The translations under genes and the position numbers were made by a program. The notes beneath the pieces were generated by a model. It had not been told where the DNA came from and did not search any database. It saw only the letters and a list, made by a program, of their open reading frames with translations. 64,000 nucleotides of DNA. Source: Diplonema japonicum (Eukaryota; Protista; Euglenozoa: Diplonemea). The first letter of the stretch is position 1; each line of letters begins with the position of its first letter. The DNA lies in NCBI GenBank assembly GCA_964019335.1, contig OZ025752.1, positions 124,001 through 188,000 on the forward strand, in the 5' to 3' direction. Shown here piece after piece: positions 47,983 through 60,157 of this stretch.

Positions 47983-49775
47983 ATGACGCAGTTCTCGGAG
48001 CCTATCTTCGCAGAGCTCAACAAGCTGTACTCTGAGAGGATTGTGCTTCTCGATGGTGCGACGGGGACGGAGCTGCAGAGCTACAAGCTCGAGGAGGAGG
48101 ACTTCAGGGGCGAGGAGTTCAAGGACTGGCCCTGCGACGTCAAGGGCAACAACGATCTTCTGTGCCTGACAAAGCCCGACCTCATCAAGAAGGTGCACAA
48201 AGACTACATGTACGCTGGCGCGGATCTCATCGAGACAAACACGTTCAACTCGACCACCATCTCGATGGCTGACTACCAGATGGAGAGCCTTGTCACAAGA
48301 CTGAACGTAGAAGCCGCGAGAATCGCCAGGGAAGCCGCGGATGAAATCGAGGCAGAGACGGGTGTCAAGAGGTACGTTTGCGGTGCTGTGGGCCCCACCA
48401 ACAGAACCTGCTCGATCTCACCATCTGTCGAGAAGCCGGAGTTTCGTAACATAACGTACGACCAGCTCGTTGAAGCGTACGTCCAGCAGATCCACGGGCT
48501 TCTTGACGGAGGTGCTGACATCCTCCTCATCGAGACCATCTTCGACACTTTGAACGCAAAGGCCGCTCTCTTCGCCGCCAACACCACCCTCGAAAAACGA
48601 GGCAAGCGTGTCCCCATCATGATCTCTGGAACCATTACCGACGCGTCCGGGCGTACGCTCTCCGGGCAGACCGTCGATGCATTCTACACCTCAATGCGAC
48701 ATGGTGAGATCTTCTCTATCGGGTTGAACTGCGCGCTTGGTACCGAAGCCATGCGCCCACATATTGCACGTCTTGCAGAGATCGGTGAAGAATGGGTGTC
48801 TGCGTACCCGAACGCGGGTCTTCCCAATGCAATGGGAGAGTACGACCAGACCCCTGAGGAGATGGCGGGTGAGTTGCTGGACTTCATGGACAGCCAGCTT
48901 ATCAACATGGTCGGCGGCTGCTGCGGGTCGCGTCCTGCGCACATCGCCGCCATTAAGAAAGCGACGGAAGGGAAGAAACCCCGTGCTAAAGGTGAGCGCA
49001 ACAACACCATGGTTCTATCCGGTCTGGAACGCCTTGTAGTGAACAAGGACACCGGTTTCCTAAACATCGGTGAGAGGTGCAACATCGCAGGTTCCCTGAA
49101 GTTCAAGAGGCTCATCAAGAACAACGACTACGACGCTGCAATGGCCATCGCGAGGGAACAGGTGGAGAGCGGTGCCACCATCATCGATTTCAACCTTGAC
49201 GACGGTCTTATCGACGGTGAGCAGGCTATCACAAAGCTTATCAACCTCTGCGTGTCTGACCCTGACATCAGCAAGGTCCCTTTCATGGTCGACTCGTCCA
49301 ACTTCGCTGTGATCGAAGCCGGGTTGAAATGCGTTCAAGGAAAGTGCATTGTCAACTCCCTCTCCCTCAAGGGTGGTGAGGAAGCCTTCATCGAGCAAGC
49401 CAGGCTTGTCAAGAAGTACGGTGCTGCCGTTGTTGTCATGGCATTCGACGAGGATGGTCAGGCTGCCGACGAAGCCGACAAGATCCGTATTTGCAAGCGT
49501 GCGTACGATTTGATCACCGGGCCTAAGGTCAGGTTCCCCCCTGAGGACGTCATCTTTGACCCCAACGTGCTGACGATCGCGACCGGTCTTGAGGAGCACA
49601 ACAACTACGCCGTTGACTTCATGAACGCGACGAAGTGGATCAAGGAAAACCTGCCCCACGCTAAGGTGTCCGGCGGTCTGTCGAACCTGTCCTTCTCCTT
49701 CCGTGGTGTCGAGGCCATCCGCCAACCGATGCACTCGATCTTCCTTTACTACGCCATCAGAGAGTATGCTTTAAC

Positions 49776-49806
<31 letters not shown>

Positions 49807-51776
49807 GTTGCGGTTTTGACATGGCCATCGTGAACGCGGGAACTATGCCTGTGTACACTGACATTGACGAGGAGATTATCAGGCTTTGCGAAGCGGCGAT
49901 CTTCAACAAGCAGGACATTGGGGACGGGCGTACTGCCACCGAGGCACTCACCGAGCTCGCCGACACCCTCCGCTCGAAGAAGGGAACCGTCGAAAAGGTC
50001 ACCGAGGAATGGCGTACAAAACCCGTCGCTGAGCGTCTTTCCCACGCTCTTGTGAAGGGCATTGTCGAGTTCATCACGGACGACGTGGAGCTCTGCAGGC
50101 TCGATAAAGAAACCTACCCAAAATGTCTACACATCATCGAAGGCCCTCTCATGTCCGGGATGTCTATTGTGGGTGATCTCTTCGGCTCAGGGAAAATGTT
50201 CTTACCGCAGGTCATCAAGTCCGCCCGTGTTATGAAGAAGGCAGTTGGCCATTTAATCCCATTCATGGAGGAAGAGAAGCTTGCCTCCGGTTCAGCGGGT
50301 GCTTCCACATCGCAGGGAAAGGTCGTCTTAGCCACCGTTAAGGGCGACGTCCATGACATTGGTAAGAATATAGTAGGTGTTGTGTTGGGGTGCAACAACT
50401 ATGAGATCATCGATCTTGGTGTTATGACACCGATGCCAAAGATCATGCAGGCTATTGAAGAACACAAACCGGAAATTGTAGGATTGTCCGGGCTGATCAC
50501 ACCGTCGCTCGACGAGATGGTTACAGTTGCCAAGGAATTCAAGAGGAGAAAGATCGACATCCCGCTTCTTATCGGTGGCGCCACCACATCGAAAATGCAC
50601 ACCGCCGTGAAACTATCCCCTCAGTACGCGAACACAATTCACGTTCTTGACGCGTCAAAATCCGTTGTAGTCTGTGGGTCTCTCATTGGCCATACAAAGG
50701 AGGAATTCTTAGAAGACACTGTTGACATGTATGAGGAGATGCGTGACGAGTACTGGGCGGGGATCAAGGACAGAAAGTATCTCAAGATCGAACAAGCTCG
50801 TGACAAGAAGCTGGTCATCGATTTCAAAGCGTCGCCGCCTGTTTGCAAACCGAAGTTCCTCGGTTCCAAGATTTACGAGTACGACCTTGAACAGGTTGTC
50901 CCGTTCATCGATTGGAACCCGTTTTTCCAGGTCTGGCAGATTCGTGGAAAGTACCCGAACAGAGGGTACCCCAAATTGTTCAACTGTCCGGAGGTTGGCG
51001 AGGAAGCCAAAAAGCTATTCGACGACGCCACGAAGCTCCTCGATAAAATCTGCAAGGACAAATCCCTCAAACTGAAGGGTATCGTGTCGTTCTTCCCTGT
51101 GAACAGCGACGGTGACGACATCAAAGTGTACAAGGACGACACGAGGGAGGAAGTCGTTGAAACATTCCTCGGGCTTAGACAGCAGGTTCAGAAGGACACC
51201 ACAGAGCCTTACTACGCTTTGGGTGACTTTATCGCCCCTCCTGGAACGCCCGATTACCTTGGACAGTTGGTTTGCGCTTGCTTTGGGTGCCAGGATCTTG
51301 TCGATACTTTCAAGGCCGACAACGACGACTACGGGATCATCATGGCTGAAGCTCTTGCCGACCGTCTTGCTGAGGGTTATGCTGAGGTTCTTCACCGTGA
51401 CATTAGAAGGGACTACTGGGGTTACGAGACAGCTCCAGAACAGAGTGCCGATGACCTTATCAAGCAGGCTTATAAGGGAATTCGGCCCGCGCCTGGTTAC
51501 CCGTCGCAACCTGACCATAATGAAAAATCGAAGATGTGGGCGCTGGCGCCGGTTAAAGATGACACTGGTATTGAGTTGACAGAGTCGTTGGCAATGTTGC
51601 CCGCTGCATCTGTATCTGCAATTGTTTTCGGCCACCCTGATTCCGTGTACTTTGGTGTCGGAAAAATCCAGAAGGACCAGGTTGCCGACTACGCGAAGCG
51701 GCGCAACGTTACTACAGAACAATGTGAGCACGACCTTGGCTTCACTGCCCTTGCGTACGACCCAGAGGGGAACTGA
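47983..51776 (+). CDS. MTR: Cobalamin-dependent methionine synthase; join(47983..49763,49808..51776)
   Basis: Motifs [13 protein letters not shown] (Zn), NIGERCN (pterin-binding), [11 protein letters not shown] (B12-binding) and [14 protein letters not shown] (reactivation). Intron 49764-49807 gives [16 protein letters not shown]. Confidence 0.97.
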
Positions 51777-53219
51777 GGGGGGTGGTGTGTGAGAATTTAA
51801 TTTTTTTTTTTTTTTTGGTGTTTGGGTGGGGGGGGTAGGTACGATTTTTTTTTTTTTTTTTTTGGTAATTTTTTTTTTTTTTAAAAAAGACAACGAGACT
51901 TTGACTTGTCTAAACAAAAAAAAAAAGAAGAAAAAAAAAAAAAGAAAAAAGAAAAGAGGGGGAATGCTGGAAACGTGTTTGCGGGTTATAAACTTTTCTC
52001 CAGGTTTCTATTCCGGCCACGTAAATCAACCGGGCTGTTCCTCTTTTTTTTTTTTTTTTTTTCCCCTTTTTTGGAAAGGGGAAAAAAAAAGGTTGGGTGG
52101 GGGGGGTAGGTAACGATATAACTTTGCTTTTCTTTTTTTTTTCACAATAAAAAAAAAAATAACAATAAAATTTTTCATTCTCTCTCTTTTTTTTTTTTCT
52201 AAGAAAAAAAAAAAAGAAGAAATGCGCTGATCTGATGGGTTTGTTGTGGAGAATGCTACATCCCGTCATATTAATTTTTTTTAAAAGTTTTTTTCTCCGT
52301 CCCAGCTGCTGCATTCTTCTTTTAATTGTGTGTGCTTATTTTTTTTTTTGTTTTTGCTTTTTTTTTTTTGAAGCGATGATAATTTGTTGTCAGAATTTTA
52401 TCAAAGAAAAAAAAAAACTCCTTTGAGAACGAACGAAGAAGAAAATGTGCATTTTCATAAAGTTTTACGGCGAAATGAATGGAATAAAAAAAAAAAAATA
52501 AAGAAAAGAAAAAAATAAGAGAAGAGGAAAATATTTTGTATTAATTTTACTTTTTTTTTTTTAATAGTTTTTTTCTTTTTTTTAAAAAAAATCCTTTTTC
52601 TATTTTTTTTTATCCCCTTTTTTTTTTCTTTTTCTTCCTCCTCGCTTGCTTCATGTCTTTTTTTTCCAAATGTTCCAATTTTAAAAGAAAAAGAAAAGAA
52701 AGAAGAAAACAACGAACTTCATGAAGAAAAAAGGGGGAAACGGCCTTCTTTTTCTTCTTTTTTTTTTTTTATTACATTTTTCATATTCTCCTCCCCTTCC
52801 CCTGGCGTCCTCCTTGTATGGTTTTTACTAAAAAAATAAAGAAGGATCGCCAAAAAAAAAAGAGAAAATTGAGAAAAAGAAATTTAGAAAAAAAAAAAAA
52901 AAAAAAGGAAATTCACCACTCTGCATGGTTTTTACTAAAAAAATAAGAGAGGTGTTTCCCTTCTTTTTCCTTTTTTCTCGCAAACAGAAATCTTCCCCCC
53001 AAAAAAAAAATGAAAAAAAATAACCGAAAGTAATGAGAGTTTTCCACCCCTTTTTTTTTCTTCTTTTACACACCACTAAAAAAAAAAACACACAATAAAG
53101 TGAAAACCGCCTTAAAAGGAGAGCACAGTGCCCGCAGAGGTCTCCCCACTTTCTGCTGCATTACCTCCTTTGTTTGGTGTTCTATTCCTTATAATTTTAT
53201 TTTATTTTATTTATTTCAT

Positions 53220-53250
<31 letters not shown>

Positions 53251-53894
53251 CCATAATTTAGTTTGCCCGATCGGTCAGTGCTGCTTTTTTTTTTTTTTTT
53301 TTTTTTTTCGGGTGTATTTTCTGGTTCTTTTTAAAAAAAAAAAAGAAATCCATTATTCCCTCAAAGAAAAGAAGAAGAAAATACATCCCCTTGCCCCCCC
53401 CCCCCCCCCCCCCCCTCCCACAAGAAGTTACGAGTTTCGTTTCGTGCTTGGCAGGTTCTCTACTTTTCTCTCTCTGTTTTCATGTTGCCCACGTGCTTTT
53501 TTTTTATTCTCTTTTTTTTTCTTCTCTCTTTGCACACAGCCACCACCGCAACAAGGCACCAGACAGCAACCGCAGAAAAGGTGACCGATTAGTGTTGATT
53601 TTTCTTTTCTCTTTTCTTTTTTGAACTGTGGGCAACCCCCCCCCCCCCCCCCCCCGCCTCCCAATCTTATCATTTTTTAAACTTTTTTTTGTGTGATGCA
53701 TGTCTGTGACTTTTTTTTCTGTATCCCCCCCCCCCTCTTTTCCCTTTTCTTTTTTTTTGCGGGATATTCTCCTCTCCCTCCCTCTCACATTCTCTCTTTT
53801 TTTTTCTCTTTTTTTTTCTCCCTATTATTCACAAAAAAAAAAAAAGAAAAAAAAGAAAAAAAAGGGGCAAAAAAACAAAAACAAAAAAAAAAAA

Positions 53895-54608
53895 ATGGAC
53901 AACGCCACCCTTCTAGCAATGGAATACCCAGAGGATGCGAAGGCCCTTGAGGTCCAGGATGTTTCGCCCGACAGGCTGCAAATTTACGAGAGCGTGGTAA
54001 ACGGCATCTCAAAGGGGGGTGAGGTGAAAGCGGTGGTTTGCGAGTGCTACGGTGACAAGGTACAGCACCTCGTTAAGGACGGGAAAGTGGTCATGGTGGA
54101 GGAAGGCTGCAAAATCATGCTCGAGGACCTGTCACCTAGCCAAATGGTGGAGTACAGGTTCAAGGAGAGCCCCCAGTGGATGCTAGGCTGGATGTCAGCC
54201 GAAGCTGCAATCGGCTACCGGGCCCAAAAATTCAAAACCTGGAAGGAAATGCTGGACTCCCCCAACTGCGAGGCTGCCTTCAAGAGGCTCATCCAGACAG
54301 GGCTGGTAACTAAGCTATACGACACAGTGGCACTGGCGACCCCTGCCGAGGAGGCTGACAAATGGGTTGTTACGAACGAGGAAACTGGGAAAAAAATCGA
54401 CATCCCCCATCCTGTTAGCGAAATGCGAATATGGGACGCTGAAGCGGTGTGTGTGTTTTTTTTTTTTTTTTTGCTGTGGCTTTCGGGGTTTGTTGCGGGT
54501 TGTTGTAGGTTGGGTCCCTTCAATACGTTGTCCCCATGAGTACGACAAACCCGATCCACTTCATAAAAAAAAAATAAAATAAAATAAAAAACTCATTTTC
54601 TAGTTCTG

Positions 54609-54645
<37 letters not shown>

Positions 54646-54931
54646 GTCTTTCGCATGATGGAAATTCATAGGGGGGGAAAAAGTATTTTTTTTTTTGGGT
54701 GTCCCCCCAGTGTCTCCCGGTTGGTTTCAAAAAAAAAAAAAAAAAAAAAAAAAAGGGTGCCTACAAGGAACTGTCCCCCCACCTCGATGGTGCCCCTTCT
54801 GATGCCGAGGCCGATGCCTACTGGGCCAAGCTTTTGGACGAACAAAGAGAAAAGTATGTTTTTTTTTTTGAGGGGGGAGGAACACACAAAACAGGCACGG
54901 TGCTGAGTTTGTTGACAAAATGCTGGCTTAG
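53895..54931 (+). CDS. Conserved-looking hypothetical protein; join(53895..54446,54756..54853,54895..54931)
   Basis: Strong coding bias. Introns 54447-54755 and 54854-54894 give ..RIWDAEA|GAYKELSPHLDGAP..REK|HGAEFVDKMLA*. Confidence 0.75.
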
Positions 54932-54985
54932 GGAGAAATGGGGGGGAAGAAAAGAAAAAAAAAAAGTGTTGAAAAATTATTAAAC

Positions 54986-55020
<35 letters not shown>

Positions 55021-55579
55021 GTTTTGTGAGAGGTCACCATGGGTGGTGGGGGGAGGGTAAGAAAAAAAAGAAAAAGAGAAAAGAAAAAAAAAATCCCCCG
55101 GCACATGTTGTTTTCGTTATTCTTCTCCCCCTCCTCCTCCCCTTCCCCTTTTTTTTATACTTACGTGTGGCTAGCCCGACTGGAGTAGGTTTTTCTTCTT
55201 TCCACCCCCAACTACACGCACTTTACGTTGTCCTTAAAGGGAGGAGGGAGGGAGGAGGGGGGAAGAGGTGCGTTTCACCACACTTCTTAATTAAATGGAA
55301 GCACAAGCGTCCATGCTGTCCATGGGGGTTATGGCCGCGCAGGCAGCGCAACGAGAGGCACAACACAACAAGGTCCCTCAACTTATCCTCCCAAGGGGGA
55401 AGGTGACAAAACTTCTGAAGCGCCCTTGCATCACTGCAGCTGAGTGCGCGTGGCGGGCCCAGCAAAAAAACCTCCTGAAAAGCCTGAACCTAAAGTACAG
55501 CTACGAGTAGGGGAAAAAAAGAAAAAAAAAAAAAAAAAAAAAAAAAAGTGGGGGAAAAGAGGAGACGCCATTACACGGT

Positions 55580-55619
<40 letters not shown>

Positions 55620-55676
55620 CCTCAAAAAAAGTTTTTTTTTTCAGGGAGGGGGGAAGAAAAAAAAAAAGAAAAAAAA

Positions 55677-56180
55677 ATGATTTTGTCAGTGCTGTTGTTG
55701 GTCTGCATGATGTTGGTGGGGAGTGCACAGGCTGCGGACTGCGGGCTGTCGATTGTTCACGACTGTACAACGATATCAAAGGAGGAAGATTGCAAAGACT
55801 CTTACACACCTCCACAGACGCCTGACGGCCAGGGTACAGGGTGTCTGTGGTATTCTTTAGATGGGCAAAAGTGGAGCTGTGTGAAAGGCTCGAAGTGTGA
55901 TGTCAACACCCCTCAGCCTACTCCCATTCCCACTCCTGCTCCTACTACTCTTGCTCCTTCTACTCTTTCGCCTGAGAATAGTTCTTCTCCTACAGCACTT
56001 GAGACCCATGTCCCCACCCCGGCCCCTGGGTCCTCTGATGGGATGTCTACCGGACTCAAAGCCCTTCTGTTTTTCATTTCGTATTTTGCAGCGATTGGGA
56101 TCTTCTGGGGAAGCGTCAAGACTTACCGGCATTTTTTCCCTCCTGAATCGGTATGGGGTTGGGGTGATGGAAGAGAATAA
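55677..56180 (+). CDS. Small type-I membrane protein (signal peptide, Cys-rich domain, P/T/S stalk, TM)
   Basis: Signal MILSVLLLVCMMLVGSAQA, six Cys in the ectodomain, PTPIPTPAPT stalk and TM ALLFFISYFAAIGIFW. Confidence 0.8.
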   Translation: MILSVLLLVCMMLVGSAQAADCGLSIVHDCTTISKEEDCKDSYTPPQTPDGQGTGCLWYSLDGQKWSCVKGSKCDVNTPQPTPIPTPAPTTLAPSTLSPENSSSPTALETHVPTPAPGSSDGMSTGLKALLFFISYFAAIGIFWGSVKTYRHFFPPESVWGWGDGRE

Positions 56181-56471
56181 AAAGAAAAAAAAAAAAAAGA
56201 AAAAAAAAAATACAGAAAACCCAGGCTGCACTGAGCCTCCTTCGTGGTGGGAAGAAATAATTTTTTTTTTCTGTTTTTGTTTTGTTAGATGAGTTGACTG
56301 TCGTTAGGCGATCCTGTCACATACTGCAGGTTCCCTCAAAGACATCTTTGTTTCTTCTTTCTTTTTTCATCCGTAGGCAGAAAGGTGACATAAGCGTGGG
56401 TGAACACCAGCGCTCTCGGCGGTGAGCACAAAATGTTAGTTTTATCGAGTTCCCTGATTCGTGTGTGTTTT

Positions 56472-56519
<48 letters not shown>

Positions 56520-56738
56520 GAAAATACTGTTTCTTCTTCTTCTTCTTTACTGATTCACAAAACTCAATTTTTTTTTTTCCTTCCTTTCGTTCGTCTGTTT
56601 CTTTCCCCCCTTCACTTCTTTTTGTTAAGATGTAAAAAAAAAGAAAAAAGAAAAAAAAAGGTTTCAAAAAGGAAAGGGCTTTTTGCCCTTCGTGTAATAT
56701 TGGCTTGGGTCTGGGAGAATCTGAAATGAATAATGGAG

Positions 56739-56773
<35 letters not shown>

Positions 56774-56896
56774 AGAAAGAAAAAAATATCGCCGTGTGGT
56801 TTTTCTTTCTCTCTTTTTTTTTTTTTTTTTGAATTAGAATTGCAAAAAAAAAAAAAAAAGAAAAGGGGAAGGAGGTGGGGGACGGATACACGAAAA

Positions 56897-58638
56897 ATGG
56901 AAGCTTTTAAGCCGTTTGAAACACAGCTTAGCACCTCTGGGAGGCCCGTATTCCCAAAAGGAGAAATCGAGCTACTACAACAATCCGGGGTGGGGTTCTA
57001 TGACGGTGAGAACCGCAGCAAGAAGTACGAAAACGGGGTCTTGTTCCTGACCACCCACAGGCTGGTGTGGGTCGATGACAACAAAAAAGGCGCGTGTTAT
57101 TTTGTGGAACTGGAACGGCTCAGCAACGATCTGGGGAGGTGGCAAGGTTTTCTGTACATGTCGCACCCCAAAATTGTAGTGAAGCTCAAGGAGGGAAACG
57201 GATACTTTAAAATCTCGTTCAGAAGCTACGGAATGGACGCGTTCAGGGGAAAGCTGTCGCAAGCGATAGGAAACGAGAAGTGGAGGGAACCCGCTGAAAA
57301 GATCGAGAATAGCATGGTGAACGATAAAAAACCAGCAGAAATAGTCCTCGTTGCCTCACAAGCGTCCATGACAGGCTGTGTCCAAATCGACACTTCTGGA
57401 CACCTCCGCGGCCTTGGCTACAATTCTCATGCGATTTTCTCGGTTGTTACCGAAACTGCCGGTCCTCATGATGGTATACTTGAACACTGCTATCTTGAAA
57501 CAGACACCACATTCTGCCTGACGGTTAACGATAAATCCACGCACCACCCTCGGTGTGTCAGGACTACCCGGCAAACGAGCCTTACGCTGTATTTGGACCC
57601 TGGTGTCAACGTGTTGACGCTTTCCCAACTTCCCTCCACCACCGCCGACCCCCCCGGGATTTCAAAGCTCATTTTGAAACCCTTGGGGAGACGGGAGGCC
57701 GGGCAGCCCACTTCTTCTTCTTCTTCTGCCCCGACGCTGGGCATCTCTAATGTCGTTAACAGACTGGAACGGCAGGACAAGGTGGCAGCAGAAGCACTGG
57801 ATGTATGTTGTTTTGAGAAGAAAATAAAAAAAAAAGGGAGGGGAGGAGGAAAAAAAAAAATTTTTTTTTTAATTTCTAGAAAGCCTTTTCCGATATTGAT
57901 TCGCTGATGTCAACGGCACGAGAGGTCACACAGCTCATCAAAAACTTGCAGGACAAGGTGAGCGCGGGCAGAGCTGCAGCGGCCGCCTCTCAAGCAGGAG
58001 GGGGGACAGAGGCCGACGGGCAGGTACTGGGACTTTTCTTTTTTTTTTTTTTTTCTGAAAAAAAAAAAGGCGGAAATCGAAAAGCAACAAGAAATGCTGG
58101 ACACTTGGGTGGCAGACCTTGGGATGACCTCCTTCGTGACAAAGGAGACGGTTGGGATGGGTATGCACACAAAAAAAAAAAAAGAATCCACCCGATAGGA
58201 AACTACCACAAGGAGCTTGCGAAACAACTTCTTGACTTCTTCCAAGACCCTCTGGAGCGTGCCTCAGGTGTCCTGTCTACGGTGGACGCATATTGCCTTT
58301 ACAACAAGGCAAGGGGAGTAGGCTTGGTGTCACCTGATGATTTCATGCAATCTTGCCACAAGCTGCCCACCCTCGCTGGTTCTAATATCTCGCTGTCCAA
58401 GGTGGGAGCGGGCAGCGTGCTTCGGCTGCAAGGAGGCACCCACGACACAGCTATCCTGGAAGCAACCAAAGACCGACGCCCCGTCTCTGCCATCAAGCTT
58501 GCTTCCGTACTCAAAATCTCATCCCATCTCGCCTCACAAATACTCTATGATGCTGAGGCACGGGGCCAGCTGTGCCGCGATGCTCTGGCGCCCGAGGGGA
58601 CTGTTTTCTACAGGAACCTTTTTTGTTGTCCGGAATAA
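56897..58638 (+). CDS. VPS36: ESCRT-II subunit VPS36; join(56897..57802,57880..58023,58070..58160,58199..58638)
   Basis: GLUE domain (GVGFYDG..NGVLFLTTHRLVW..SHPKI..YFKISFR), AFSDIDSLM, LGMTSFVTKE, YHKELAKQL, YCLYNKARGVGLVSPDD and GQLCRD..FYRNLF. Three GT-AG introns restore the frame. Confidence 0.92.
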
Positions 58639-60091
58639 CAAGGAGGAGTGGATGGGGGGGGGGGGGAGTATCTCAATATATATACCTTGATATCCCCCAG
58701 TTTCCAGAAAATTAAGAGCAAAATAGTGAAAATGGACAGATCTTGTGGACCAGTATAGGGCCCTATAACCTGATCTTCTGACGTGCGAACGATGGTTTTC
58801 TTCAGAACTCTGTGATCACCCTTGACGTCTTTCGGACTCAAGCTCCCTAAGGTTTCTTCTTATTGGTGACCGCGTTTTTGTCAGAGTGTCCTCGGTGGAT
58901 GCATGTTGCGATGGCTTCTTGTCAGGGTGCAGCTTTGTTTCGGCTCTGACCTTAAATGTAGCGTAACTTTAAATCGAACCGGGTACTTCGCATGGAGGCT
59001 GCAGGCACAGCCAGTCCTGTCATCATCAGGCGACATGGCGGCGGTTGTTACAGAAGACAGCAGTGAAGTAGGATCTCATCGCCTTTAGCTTTCTTCTCAT
59101 CGTTTTTCTGTGTGGCTGAATAGGGTGCTGGAGTGGTATTATGTGACATTATTGTTTCACATCCAGCTCTGCAATTTTGAGCCTGGGTGGAGTAAAAAAC
59201 GGGCGGCATGCAACCATAGCAAGTGTGTTTTTTTATTAAAGGTGCGGAAAAGAGAGATGGCAGTATTTACAGAGTCATTGCTCTTGGGGTACGAGTGGGG
59301 GGGGAATAAGCCGTATGTAAATAGAGGGTTGAAACAAGAACCTCTTCCTGGCAGAAGTTGTCTAAGCGCGTTTTCGGGCTGCACAGCGATGGGTAGCAGA
59401 CGTCACATTCGTACTTTGTACGCTTGTAGCACTCGCCTACCTTGCACTTCCTCGTGTTCACTCCCTGCCGTGTCGCATGGGGACAAAGTCACCTCTTCAG
59501 AGGCAACTAAAGACATTCTTTTCATCTTTTCATTGGTCGGGAAAAGTACTCTCCATACCCGCTGGGACGCTAGTGGGAGCCAATGAAGGGTGCTACTTGC
59601 CTGAAGAGATCAGCACTTGGAGGAGTCGCAAGATTAGATCGAAACTGAGAGACACCTAGTACTGACCATACCCCCTCCCTTTTTAGGGCATGCTGCCTTC
59701 GCTTTGAAGTCGTGAAGCACCTCCTTCTGGAATAGATGAGAAAGCTGCAGTCGAAGTGGGGAAAAAACCTATGAAGAGCCACCAGGTCTGAGGTGGTAGA
59801 GGAGTTCTACCCGGTTGATACATGCCCTCACAGAAAAGCCCTTTATATATACAATCCTTGAAGCATTAACGTGGTCTAAACTAGCTTGCCAGAAAAAGTG
59901 TGGATCTCCATGGAATAGAATGGCGGGAAATATGTGGACGTTCCAAAGGTAGCTGAAGGTAGCTGATCCGACGTTATTGGGATTTCTTTTTTTTAAATAT
60001 ATTTTTACATTTTTGACAAAATGAAAAACTAGTCTTTTAATGAAGGACAACCTAGCAAATAAATACCGTGTTTAAAAGGAAGCAATAATGC

Positions 60092-60157
<66 letters not shown>

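Noticed and set aside
49741-49833. Apparent split or frameshift of MTR (and of SLC12, OCA2-like, VPS36, KIF6) suggesting pseudogenes or programmed frameshifting on A-runs
   Set aside because: Each break is resolved by a GT-AG intron that restores conserved motifs.
51015-51917. Long minus-strand ORFs antisense to MTR, OCA2-like and DUF4116 genes
   Set aside because: They are shadow ORFs caused by the codon bias of the sense genes.
13890-56890. Numerous poly-Lys/poly-Phe ORFs on both strands, and K/F-rich N-terminal extensions of real ORFs
   Set aside because: They are translations of A/T homopolymer spacers; the true starts are the ATGs following the A-runs.
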